DNA from: Myxococcota bacterium
GTDB lineage: Bacteria; Myxococcota_A; UBA9160; SMWR01
NCBI GenBank assembly: GCA_036336695.1
Contig: JAYZFQ010000128.1
Span: 6,962-70,961 of the forward strand
Length of the DNA stretch: 64,000 bases
Direction: 5' to 3'
This document shows, one piece after another, positions 53,930-62,672 of the stretch. The stretch's first letter is position 1, and each line of letters begins with the position of its first letter. The position numbers and the translations under genes were made by a program. The notes under the pieces were generated by a model. That model did no database searches, had not been told where the DNA came from, and worked only from the letters and a program-made list of their open reading frames with translations.

Positions 53930-55119
53930 CGGATGCGCGCGCCATCGACGCTGTCGACGGCAAAGGCACGCGCCTCGGCTGCGAGTTCCGGGACGCGCTG
54001 CCGATACTCCGCGAGCACGCGCCTGCCGATCGCGTCCGCCTCGCCGGCCAGAACGAGCGCCACGTTACAGCCGCCGTACCCGGCACCGCTGAACCGCGAC
54101 CCGAGGACACCCGGGGTCGCGGAGAGGATCTCCTGGATTTCGCGCTGCTCCTCGGAGCCGGTTTCGTAGTTTTCGATCGAGCTGCGACAGGACTCGGACA
54201 TGAGCCGGCCGAACGCCACGAGATCGCCGCGTTCCCACGCCGCGACGCCGCGACGCACGCGGTCGCGTTCGCCGACGAAGTGCCGCGCGCGGCCCCGCTC
54301 CGACGGCGGCAGGTCTTCCAGTCGGTCGGCCAGGAGATCCTCCGGGAGATCGCCGAGGGCGTCGACGGGACCAAGCCCTCCGGCGGCCGCAATCCGCGCG
54401 GCGGCAGCACGGCACTCGGCAACCCGCGCGTTGAACGGTGTGCGCGCGAGGTTGCGTCCGCGGCCGGAGAACACCACCACGAACCGGGTTTCGGGAGCCG
54501 CCGCGCCGCTTTCGAGGGCACGCCAGCACAGGTCGCGCGTCCCGATCTCGAGCAGCTGCCCGCGCCGCGCACCGACCACCGACGCCGGATCGAGCACGCC
54601 GCTCTGGACGCCGACGAAAGCGTTCTCCGCCCGGCGCGCCAGGTTCACGAGTTCCCGTTGCGAGAGTTCGAGACCGTTCACGTCGGCCAGGGCCAGTAGA
54701 TAGGCCACCAGGACCGAGGCGGAAGACGAAAGCCCTCCCCCCGGCAGATCCCCGGAAAGCACGCCGATGCAACCCCGCGGCGCACGGGGAAGCCGATCGG
54801 CGAGAACTGCGGCGGCCGCGCGGGCATAGCGCCCCCAGTCCACGCCGTCATCGGCGACCTCCGACAGGGAAAAGCGCACTTCGTCGGAGAAGTCGGCGCT
54901 TTCGAGACACACCTCCGCATCCGGGGCCGGCGCATACGCGAGACGCGTGCCGAGCCCGATCGCCATCCCGAGCACGGGGCCGTGCTGGTGATCGATGTGG
55001 GCGCCCAGGGGGCAGACCCGGTAGGGGGACACGACCACCCGAACGGTATCGAGGGCCACCGACCGCCGCTGCACCAGCGCGACGCGCAAGTTCTGGAGAC
55101 GCTCCGCGTCGGACTCCAT
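53926..55119 (-). CDS. GHMP-family sugar kinase (galactokinase-like)
   Basis: PYRVCPLGAHIDHQHG is a galactokinase-signature-like motif. GGGLSSSAS is motif II and SGAGYGGC is motif III. It overlaps the downstream gene by 4 nt. Confidence 0.82.
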   Translation of the reverse strand: MESDAERLQNLRVALVQRRSVALDTVRVVVSPYRVCPLGAHIDHQHGPVLGMAIGLGTRLAYAPAPDAEVCLESADFSDEVRFSLSEVADDGVDWGRYARAAAAVLADRLPRAPRGCIGVLSGDLPGGGLSSSASVLVAYLLALADVNGLELSQRELVNLARRAENAFVGVQSGVLDPASVVGARRGQLLEIGTRDLCWRALESGAAAPETRFVVVFSGRGRNLARTPFNARVAECRAAAARIAAAGGLGPVDALGDLPEDLLADRLEDLPPSERGRARHFVGERDRVRRGVAAWERGDLVAFGRLMSESCRSSIENYETGSEEQREIQEILSATPGVLGSRFSGAGYGGCNVALVLAGEADAIGRRVLAEYRQRVPELAAEARAFAVDSVDGARIR

Positions 55120-55123
55120 GGAG

Positions 55124-55265
55124 CGGGCATCCTACCACCGGGGCATCTAGCCCATGCGTCGCCGAATGTCCTCGCGCAGCACCCGCTTGTGGGCCGGGCA
55201 TCCTACCACCGGGGCGCCTAGCCCAGACGTCGCCGAATGTCCTCGCGCAGCGCCTGCTTGGCCAC
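55124..55265. repeat. two tandem copies of a 71-bp unit
   Basis: 55124..55194 and 55195..55265 align without gaps, with 60 of the first 66 positions identical by hand count. The second copy contains the true stop of the acyl-CoA synthetase gene. Confidence 0.85.
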
Positions 55266-56756
55266 CTTTCCGCCCGAAGCGCGGGGCAGCGCGTCGACGA
55301 CCTCGAGGCGCTCGGGAAACCACTCCTTCGAAACACCGGCTTCCGCGAGGTGGGCGACGAGTGCTTCCAGGGTGAGCGCGGCGCCCGGCCGCAGTTCCGC
55401 GTAGACGCAGACGCGTTCCCCGAAGACGGGATCGGGCATGGCGACCGCCGCGGCGAGGGCGATCGCGGGGTGCGTCGAGACGGCCGCCTCCACGGCCGGC
55501 CCGCTGATGTTCTTGCCCCCGCGGATGATGAAGTCGGCCGCCCGACCGATCACCCGCAGGATCCCGTCTTCCAGCGTGGCAATGTCGCCGGTGAGCATCC
55601 AACCGTCTTCGCGCACCAGCTTCGCGTTGGCCGCGTCGTCCTCGTAGTAACCGTGGCACGTGAGCGCACCGCGGCAACCCGGTTGTCCTCGCCCGGTCTC
55701 GGTGACATCGGCACCGTCCTCGTCGAACAGCCGCACCTGCATCGAATCGATGACACGGCCGGCGCTCTCGAGACGCACGTCCCGGGAATCGCGAAGCGTC
55801 GTGCGCGAAAGCGCCCCCGTTTCGTTCGAGCCGTAGAACTGGAGCACCGCCGCACCGGTCCGTTCCTCGAACTCGATCGCCCGCTCCGTCGGCACGGCCT
55901 CACCGCCGGTGAAGAGCACCCGAAGCGAACTCAGGTCCCGGCGCTCGATGTCGGGCGAGTTGAGCAGCAGGATGAACTGGGTCGACACCGCGGCCAATAC
56001 GCTCACCCGGTGCGCCTCGATCTCAGCGAGTGCGCGGTCGGGGTCGAAACGCTCCATCAGCAACGTCGGCGCCCCGAGCAACGCGGGCGTGAAGTGCGCC
56101 GTCCACAGGCCGAAACCGAACGGCGCCGGCAGCAGGCTCATGAACACGTCGCGTTCGGAGAGATCGGCGGCTTCGACCGCGAGAGCGTGAAAGTGGAACC
56201 AGCGCGCCTGGTGCTGGGTCACGCACTTCGGCAGGCCAGTGGTCCCCGACGTGGAATTGAGCAGGAAAAGGGCATCGGGGTCGATCGCCCGCTCCTCCCA
56301 GCCGACCCCGGATCCGCCGGCGAACACCGCTTCGCCCGCCTCCAAGTCTCCCGCCACGATCCAGTGATGCCGCAGTCCGAAACCCGCGCCGCGCAGTTCT
56401 TCGAAGAGCGCCCTCGCATCGACTTCGCGCTGCCGAGCGGGGCTGACCAGGGCGGCCGCCGCCGTCTTCTGGAGCAGGTGGCGCACTTCGGCGGGACCCG
56501 CCCGCGGACCGATGCCCACTACGACGAGCCCGGCCTTTTCGCAGGCCAACCAGACGGCGTGAACGCCGGGGCCATCGGGCAACCACACGGCGACGCGATC
56601 GCCGGGCACGAGGTCGGACCCAGCGAGCACCCCGGCGAAGCGGTCGCTCCGCTCGTGGTAGTCCAGCCACGAGAGCTCCCGGCTCCCCTCTCGAAACGCG
56701 ATGCCGCTCGGGTCGCGCGCCGCGTTCTCCGCAACCACCCGGGCCAGGGCTCTCAT
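55218..56756 (-). CDS. AMP-dependent acyl-CoA synthetase/ligase
   Basis: Starts at M51 of ORF 55218..56906. Motifs: LNSTSGTTGLPK, YGSNETG, TGDIA, GGKNI. Confidence 0.88.
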   Translation of the reverse strand: MRALARVVAENAARDPSGIAFREGSRELSWLDYHERSDRFAGVLAGSDLVPGDRVAVWLPDGPGVHAVWLACEKAGLVVVGIGPRAGPAEVRHLLQKTAAAALVSPARQREVDARALFEELRGAGFGLRHHWIVAGDLEAGEAVFAGGSGVGWEERAIDPDALFLLNSTSGTTGLPKCVTQHQARWFHFHALAVEAADLSERDVFMSLLPAPFGFGLWTAHFTPALLGAPTLLMERFDPDRALAEIEAHRVSVLAAVSTQFILLLNSPDIERRDLSSLRVLFTGGEAVPTERAIEFEERTGAAVLQFYGSNETGALSRTTLRDSRDVRLESAGRVIDSMQVRLFDEDGADVTETGRGQPGCRGALTCHGYYEDDAANAKLVREDGWMLTGDIATLEDGILRVIGRAADFIIRGGKNISGPAVEAAVSTHPAIALAAAVAMPDPVFGERVCVYAELRPGAALTLEALVAHLAEAGVSKEWFPERLEVVDALPRASGGKVAKQALREDIRRRLG

Positions 56757-56805
56757 CGCTCGGCCTCTCCGGTACCGCGCGGGTTGCGCGCCGCGGCCTC
56801 GGCGA

Positions 56806-57264
56806 TCACCCGGGGGTACCCAGGAGGAGCGCACGGATCGTGCGTTCCCGGTGATCGAAGATCCGCTCGAGTTGGCGACGCACGATCGGACGCGCCACTT
56901 CGCCAAAGGGCGGCAGCGGCAGGGACCAGTCGACTTCGTCCTCGACCTCGGTACCGCCCGGGACTTCCCGGAAACGGTGCGTGTGCACCCAGCTTCGATA
57001 GGGCCCGCGGACCTGTTCGTCGACGAAGGATGCCTCCGGTTGCCACGCGGTAATCTCCGTCCGCCAACCGAACCGCACGCCGAAGAGCTGCAGCCGGTAA
57101 TCGATGAGCGCGCCCACCCGCATTTCGATGGGAAGAGGCGTCACGAACTCGAAGGCCAGTTCGGGCGGCGTGATCCGCTGCAGGTTTCCGGCGTCTGCAA
57201 AGAAACGGAACACCTCGGAACGCGGCAGGGGGAGTTCGGTCCGGCGGTAAAGGCGATGGATCAT
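56806..57264 (-). CDS. SRPBCC (START/cyclase-dehydrase-like) family protein
   Basis: Starts at M13, because the upstream codons are AT-rich. Sequence is MIHRLYRRTELPLPRSEVFRFFADAGNLQRITPP... Confidence 0.75.
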   Translation of the reverse strand: MIHRLYRRTELPLPRSEVFRFFADAGNLQRITPPELAFEFVTPLPIEMRVGALIDYRLQLFGVRFGWRTEITAWQPEASFVDEQVRGPYRSWVHTHRFREVPGGTEVEDEVDWSLPLPPFGEVARPIVRRQLERIFDHRERTIRALLLGTPG

Positions 57265-57341
57265 GGGTATAACTCTAATCGCAGACTGCTTCGCGTCCAC
57301 GCCCGGAGAGGAACGCGAGCCGATCCAGGGGGAAGGGAAGC

Positions 57342-58337
57342 ATGGGGCTGGGCCGCTTCGGACGACGAGCGCTCACGGTCCCCGCGTTCCTGCTGCTCGC
57401 TGCCGGAGGTGTGGTTCTCGCGCCGCTCTGGCTTCCGAGCCTCGCGATCGTCGACCTCGTGCGCGGCGGAAACTGGCGCTCGCTGCGTTGCGGCAGCTTC
57501 TTCGCCTTCTTCTTCCTGTGCGAGACTGTCGGCATCCTGGCGAGTTTCGGAATCTGGCTCGGGAACGGAGTCGGGCGCAGCGCGGCGCGGGAGCGCTTTC
57601 TGCGCGACAACTTCCGGCTCCAGTGCTGGTGGGCCCGAACGCTCTATCGCGGCGCGGCACGGATCTTCTCCTTCACGACCGAGGTCGACGGACAAGAGGC
57701 CGCCGAGCGCACCCCCTTCCTGCTCTTCCTCCGCCACGCCGCGGTTGCCGACACCCTGTTGGCCGCGGTGTTCGTGTCGGACCCGTTCGGCGTACGCCTG
57801 CGGTACGTGCTGAAACGCGAACTCCTGTGGGATCCCTGCCTCGACATCGTCGGCAACCGGCTGCCCAATCATTTCGTGGATCGGACACCGGAGGACCGGG
57901 GCGTCGAAATCGACGAACTCGCCCGACTCGCCGACGGCCTGGAGAACGGCGAGGGGGTCCTGATCTATCCCGAGGGCACCCGTTTTACCGAAGCCAAGCG
58001 CACCCGCGCACTCGCACGCCTCCGTGAACGCGGCCCGGCCGAAATGGCGCGCCGCGCCGAGGGTCTGGTTCGCGTCCTGCCGCCGCGCCCCGGTGGACCC
58101 CTGGCGCTCGTCGAACGCGCCCCTCAGGCCGACGTCGTGTTCTGCGCACACGCGGGCTTCGAAGGTGCCGGAAACTTTCGAGACCTCTGGGCCGGTTCCC
58201 TCGTGGGCAAGCACATGCGTGTGCGCTTCTGGCGGGTCCCCGCAGCGGAGATCCCCGAAGCGCCCGGGGAGCGTCTCGACTGGCTCTTCGACCAGTGGGA
58301 AGCCATCGACCGCTGGCTCGCCGAGGTCGCCGGCTGA
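57342..58337 (+). CDS. lysophospholipid (1-acyl-glycerol-3-phosphate-type) acyltransferase family protein
   Basis: N-terminal transmembrane segments, an HX4D-like motif RHAAVAD, and YPEGTRF. Confidence 0.75.
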   Translation: MGLGRFGRRALTVPAFLLLAAGGVVLAPLWLPSLAIVDLVRGGNWRSLRCGSFFAFFFLCETVGILASFGIWLGNGVGRSAARERFLRDNFRLQCWWARTLYRGAARIFSFTTEVDGQEAAERTPFLLFLRHAAVADTLLAAVFVSDPFGVRLRYVLKRELLWDPCLDIVGNRLPNHFVDRTPEDRGVEIDELARLADGLENGEGVLIYPEGTRFTEAKRTRALARLRERGPAEMARRAEGLVRVLPPRPGGPLALVERAPQADVVFCAHAGFEGAGNFRDLWAGSLVGKHMRVRFWRVPAAEIPEAPGERLDWLFDQWEAIDRWLAEVAG

Positions 58338-58347
58338 GCGCCAGCGA

Positions 58348-58752
58348 CTAGTCGACCGTCGAGAGCAACTCCAGCAGGTTTCCATCGGGATCTCGGAAAT
58401 ACACCGAGGCCCCGGTCATGCCATCGGCTGCGGGCCGCGGCACCGGACCTTCGATCACCTCCACCCCGTGCGCTTCGAGCAGGGCGATCGCGTCGGCGAG
58501 GGGCGCGTCCCAGCGAAAGCAGACGTCACCGGAACCCGGTGTCGGAACCCGCGCGTGAGGCTGGCCCTCGTTTCCGGCCTGGTGGACGTTGATCACGTTG
58601 GCCCCGAGACAGAGCGAAACGATGGGGCACTCACCGCGACGCCACAGGTCCTCGTAGAGCACCTCGCACCCGAACAGCTCGCGGTAGAACGCGATGGTCC
58701 GCCCGATGTCGGCCACCGTGATGGCCCAGTGGTCGAAGCCGCGAATCGTCAC
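58348..58752 (-). CDS. VOC (glyoxalase/bleomycin-resistance/dioxygenase) family protein
   Basis: This is the C-terminal 134 aa of ORF 58348..60414, starting at a GTG. Sequence runs VTIRGFDHWAITVADIGRTIAFYRELFGCEV...YFRDPDGNLLEL. Confidence 0.82.
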   Translation of the reverse strand: MTIRGFDHWAITVADIGRTIAFYRELFGCEVLYEDLWRRGECPIVSLCLGANVINVHQAGNEGQPHARVPTPGSGDVCFRWDAPLADAIALLEAHGVEVIEGPVPRPAADGMTGASVYFRDPDGNLLELLSTVD

Positions 58753-58787
58753 GTCTCGGCGTGTTCCGCCCGGGAATCGTCCGGCAC

Positions 58788-59879
58788 TCAGCCGAGGCCC
58801 ACGCCGTACAAAGCCGCGCAGTTGTCGCACACCACCCGGCGCACGGTTTCCTCGCCCAGTGCGGCGAGGGGAGAATCCGCAATCGCCTGGCGCGAATGGG
58901 GCCAGGTGCTGTCGCCGTGCGGGTAATCCGATGCCCACATCACGTTGCTCACCCCGATGCGAGGCAACAATTCGACCCCGAGCTTTTCGTCCTCGTAGGT
59001 CAAATAGACTTGCCGCGAGAAGATCTCGCTGGGAAGCATGGAAAGCCGGTGGTCCTGGGTCTTCTCGTAGTACTGGTGGTGCTCGTGGTCGAGCCGCTCC
59101 AACACGTAGGGCACCCACCCGAGACCGGCCTCGCCGAGCACGAGCTTCACGTCGGGGCGCTGCTCGAGAATCCCCGAGAAGATCATCCCCGCCAGGATCT
59201 CGTCGAGTTGCATCGGGATCACAGCCACGAAGGCGGGGAAACGCCAGGAGCCGAGTTTCGGGCGCAAGCTGTGGGCGCCCGGCCCGAGATGGACCGAGAT
59301 CGGGAGGGCCGCATCCTGGGCAACGTCCCAGAACGCGTGCCAGCCATCTTCGAAGATCGGCTCGGTACCGGGACTCTGGTGCACGATCGCCCCCCGGTGT
59401 CCGAGCTTCGCGACCCGGGCGAGTTCGTCGGCCGCCGTCTTCGGGTCGTGGCTGGGGATGTCGGCGAGCACCAGCAGCCGGTCCGGCTCCGCCGCGTTGA
59501 ACTCCGCGGCCCAGTCGTTGTACGCGCGCATGCAGGCCGCCGCGAGTTCCGGGTCCGCCACGCGCATCTGCGTCGTGGTGGGGCTGTAGATCACGTGGGC
59601 GTACACCCCGTCCCGGTCCATGTCCTCGAGACGTTGCGCCGGCGTTCCCGGCCGATAGCCGTGCTCTTCGGAACGGATGTAGCCGGCCCCCTTCCTTCCG
59701 CTCGGGCTCGCCTGCTCGCCGTCGATGACCCAGACCGGGCCGTCGTCGCCCTCCATGACCCGCGGACCGCGCTCGCGCAGCGCCTTGGGCAAGCGGGTTT
59801 CGAAGAGGTCGGGGGGCAGGACGTGGATGTCCATGTGGTCGTCGGCCGAAACGAGACGCTGGTCGTTGCTGAGGGGCAT
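58788..59879 (-). CDS. amidohydrolase-2 (ACMSD-like) family metal-dependent hydrolase
   Basis: SADDHMDIHV at the N-terminus and WASDYPHGD near the C-terminus. GGAGG Shine-Dalgarno sequence upstream. Confidence 0.82.
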   Translation of the reverse strand: MPLSNDQRLVSADDHMDIHVLPPDLFETRLPKALRERGPRVMEGDDGPVWVIDGEQASPSGRKGAGYIRSEEHGYRPGTPAQRLEDMDRDGVYAHVIYSPTTTQMRVADPELAAACMRAYNDWAAEFNAAEPDRLLVLADIPSHDPKTAADELARVAKLGHRGAIVHQSPGTEPIFEDGWHAFWDVAQDAALPISVHLGPGAHSLRPKLGSWRFPAFVAVIPMQLDEILAGMIFSGILEQRPDVKLVLGEAGLGWVPYVLERLDHEHHQYYEKTQDHRLSMLPSEIFSRQVYLTYEDEKLGVELLPRIGVSNVMWASDYPHGDSTWPHSRQAIADSPLAALGEETVRRVVCDNCAALYGVGLG

Positions 59880-59912
59880 GGGGGACCTCCGAAAACGGAA
59901 TCTGACGGTGTG

Positions 59913-61304
59913 TCAGATTAGCACCCGAACGCCCCCGCACCACGTCGCGCGAACCCGGGACGCCGAGAGTTCCTCCCGCGCGCGGCGCCAGGGCACGTCC
60001 AGCAGGCAGAGGTCTCCGCGCGCCCCGGCGACGACGCGCCGGGGCCGGCTGCCCGGCGCCGCGGCCGGCGTCGTGAAGAGCGCCAGGGCGCGCTCCGGCG
60101 TGAGCGACTCGTCCGCTCCCAGCAATTGGCCCCCTGCGCTGCGACGATCCACGGCTGCGCGCATGGCGGCCCAGGGGTCCCCGCTCCCGAAGGGCGCGTC
60201 CGTTCCGCCGCCCAGCGGAATCCGCGCTTCCGCAAAACCGCGACAACGGTAGAGCCAGGGGAGATCCTCTCCGGCGACTTCGGCGAGATAGGCGTCGCCG
60301 CGCTCGGCCAGGAAATTCGGTTGGGTCACCACCGTCACCGGGATCTCGGCGAGGATCTCCAGCACCGGCGGCGGCGCCACCGACGCGTGCTCGATCCGAT
60401 CGCCCTCGCGGCAACCGGCGGCGCGCAGCGCCGCAGCGGCGAGGACGAGTTCCGCCCGGGTGACACAGTGCACCGCTACATTGCGCCCGGCCGCGTGGGC
60501 CTCCGCCATCCGTGCAACCAACGCGTCGAAATCCGGCAGACGCGCTTCATCGAGGATCAACTTCACCGCCCCACGGGCCACACCGCTGCCCGCCGGGGGT
60601 TCCGGGAGTTCGTTCCGCCCCATCACCACCAGGCGCTGGGGCAAGGCGCCCGAGGCCACGGCAGCTCCGAAACCGGCGAGTTCCTCGGCCCCGTTGGCCG
60701 GCGTCGCATCGGTGACCCCCGTGACGCCGCAGGCGGCGAGACGACGCCCGACGCCGGAAAGGTCCGGCGCTGCCGTTTCCGGCAGCCGATCCCGCAGCCA
60801 GTCGTCCAGGCGGTAGAGCAGGCCCGTGCAACGCCCGGCGGCATCGCGCTCCACGCCCGGGGCGTCGCGCCCGGCGTCGAGACCGAGCGCCGCGATCCCC
60901 GCCGAATTCACGCACCACAGGGCACCGCTGCGGTGCTGGACACGCACGGGAACCGAAGGCACCAGGGCGTCGAGCGCCGCCCGGTCGAGCGTACCCGCCA
61001 CCGATTCGTGGTAGCCGACACCGCGCACCCAGCCGTCGCGGGGCTCCGCGTCGCCCAGCGCCCGGGCCAGTTCCTCGACGCAGGTGACGTCGGGCGGCCC
61101 GCAACGCACCGAGCGCAGGGCCGCAGCCCAGGCATAGAGGTGGAGGTGGTGGTCGTGGAGACCGGGCAGCAGCGCGCCGCCCGCCGCGTCGCAGATCGTC
61201 TCGCCCGGCTCCGGCTCGAGGTGCTCCGCCACCGCCGCAATCGCCTCCCCCGCGAGACGAACGTCCCGGGGCCGCCCGTCGACTTCGGCGTTGCGGATCA
61301 GCAC
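59913..61304 (-). CDS. amidohydrolase-3 family (TIM-barrel metallohydrolase)
   Basis: GTG start gives VLIRNAEVDG. It also has LPGLHDHHLH, VAVHCV and GGGTDAPF. It overlaps the upstream CoA-transferase stop by 7 nt. Confidence 0.78.
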   Translation of the reverse strand: MLIRNAEVDGRPRDVRLAGEAIAAVAEHLEPEPGETICDAAGGALLPGLHDHHLHLYAWAAALRSVRCGPPDVTCVEELARALGDAEPRDGWVRGVGYHESVAGTLDRAALDALVPSVPVRVQHRSGALWCVNSAGIAALGLDAGRDAPGVERDAAGRCTGLLYRLDDWLRDRLPETAAPDLSGVGRRLAACGVTGVTDATPANGAEELAGFGAAVASGALPQRLVVMGRNELPEPPAGSGVARGAVKLILDEARLPDFDALVARMAEAHAAGRNVAVHCVTRAELVLAAAALRAAGCREGDRIEHASVAPPPVLEILAEIPVTVVTQPNFLAERGDAYLAEVAGEDLPWLYRCRGFAEARIPLGGGTDAPFGSGDPWAAMRAAVDRRSAGGQLLGADESLTPERALALFTTPAAAPGSRPRRVVAGARGDLCLLDVPWRRAREELSASRVRATWCGGVRVLI

Positions 61305-62554
61305 GGGCGCGCACGGGGCGGCGCGACGAGGGCGCGGAGGCCACCGACCTCCACCGCGTGGCCCCCTGGGACCGGAACGACTTGCCCCTCCCGGCTCCGC
61401 CCCGGGTTTGCAACGAGGTGCTTCACGCAGCCGGCAAGCGAAACGTCCACCAGGTGCCCGCCGCCCAGGCCAAAGGAGGCGAGGGCCGCGACGGCGGCAT
61501 GCAGACCCGCCAGGGGATCCGCCACGGCGTCCCCGCAGAACAGGGGCGCATCGGGGACACCCGTCGCTGCGCACAGCCCGCCGGCCGCCGCGGCGTCGTC
61601 CCCGAAGGCGACCCAGTCGGCAGCCGGTAGTTCCCGACCGTGGCCGGTGAGCCCGATCCAGGTCAGTCCCGGGCGCTCGCGAACCGCGGCCGCCGCATCG
61701 ATGCCCCACTGGCGCAGGGCCCGCGGACGCGACGCTTCGATGACCACGTCGGCGCGCGCGATCAAGTCCGGCAGATCCCCGAGTTCCCGGGCCACGCATT
61801 CCTTGTTGCTGTTCAACAAGGTGAAGAAGTCGCGGTTGCCCCGACGAGCACCATCGGGGCGCGACGGGCTCTCGACCTTGAGCACCCGGGCACCCGCCAG
61901 GCCGAGCAGGTGGGCGCACAGGGGACCCGCCCAGAGCGACGACAGGTCGACCACGAGCGGACGCGCCCCGGGGCTGCGGCGCACCGGCGTGCCCGGCGCG
62001 GACACCGCGCACCACGGAAGCGGACCGGTGGGGGGCGTCGCCGCCGGCGAAACCGGGAGGGCCAGCAACCGGGCGCGCTCCAGGAGTGCCGCCACCGGAC
62101 GCCCGGCGACCCGGGCTTCGACGAAATTCCAGGGATCTCCCACCGGCGCGTCGCCCAGCCATGCGGGCAAGCTCGCGACGTCGTCCTCCCGGGCGAGGTT
62201 CACGGCCAGCCACCCATCGGCGCAGCGCACCAGGCGGCAGCTTCCGCCGGGGGAAATCCGGCCGCGGCGGCCGTAACCGAAGCAGGCGGCCCGTTCGCCC
62301 AGGAGCGCCGCGCCGTCGAGCGCCCGCAGCGCGGGGTTCCCCGACAGCTGCGCCAACACGCCCACCGCCGCCCGCGCGGCCGTCGCCAGGGGCGCCGGCG
62401 CCAGGCGAGGGGGGCCGTCGGCCTCCCCCGTCAGCGCCATGGCACCCGACTGCGCCCACTCCAGGTCGGGGTGCGGAAGTTCCTCGCCGAGCCGGGAGGC
62501 AAGCGCCTCGCCCGACAGGAGGGACTCGCGGAGCCCGGGAGCGGTCGGTTCCAT
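61298..62554 (-). CDS. family III CoA-transferase (CaiB/BaiF-like) with non-canonical segment order
   Basis: Starts at M57 of ORF 61298..62722. Motifs: VVDLSSLWAGPLCAHLLGLAGARVLKVESP, ADVVIEASRPRAL, AVADPLAGLHAAVAAL, and CRLVRCADGWLAVNL. Confidence 0.75.
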   Translation of the reverse strand: MEPTAPGLRESLLSGEALASRLGEELPHPDLEWAQSGAMALTGEADGPPRLAPAPLATAARAAVGVLAQLSGNPALRALDGAALLGERAACFGYGRRGRISPGGSCRLVRCADGWLAVNLAREDDVASLPAWLGDAPVGDPWNFVEARVAGRPVAALLERARLLALPVSPAATPPTGPLPWCAVSAPGTPVRRSPGARPLVVDLSSLWAGPLCAHLLGLAGARVLKVESPSRPDGARRGNRDFFTLLNSNKECVARELGDLPDLIARADVVIEASRPRALRQWGIDAAAAVRERPGLTWIGLTGHGRELPAADWVAFGDDAAAAGGLCAATGVPDAPLFCGDAVADPLAGLHAAVAALASFGLGGGHLVDVSLAGCVKHLVANPGRSREGQVVPVPGGHAVEVGGLRALVAPPRARPC

Positions 62555-62672
62555 GGAATCAGCATACCTGGGCCGCAACGGCCACCGGGCGACCCGCAGC
62601 AACCTCCCCCACGCGTCTTCCACAGCGCAACGGGAATGGTATTCTGGGCCCCCTTTCGGCGGAGGACGACCC

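Noticed and set aside
55124-55265. The direct repeat as a CRISPR array or REP-type element
   Set aside because: There are only two contiguous units with no spacer. The unit is a copy of the adjacent gene end. No cas genes are present in the window.
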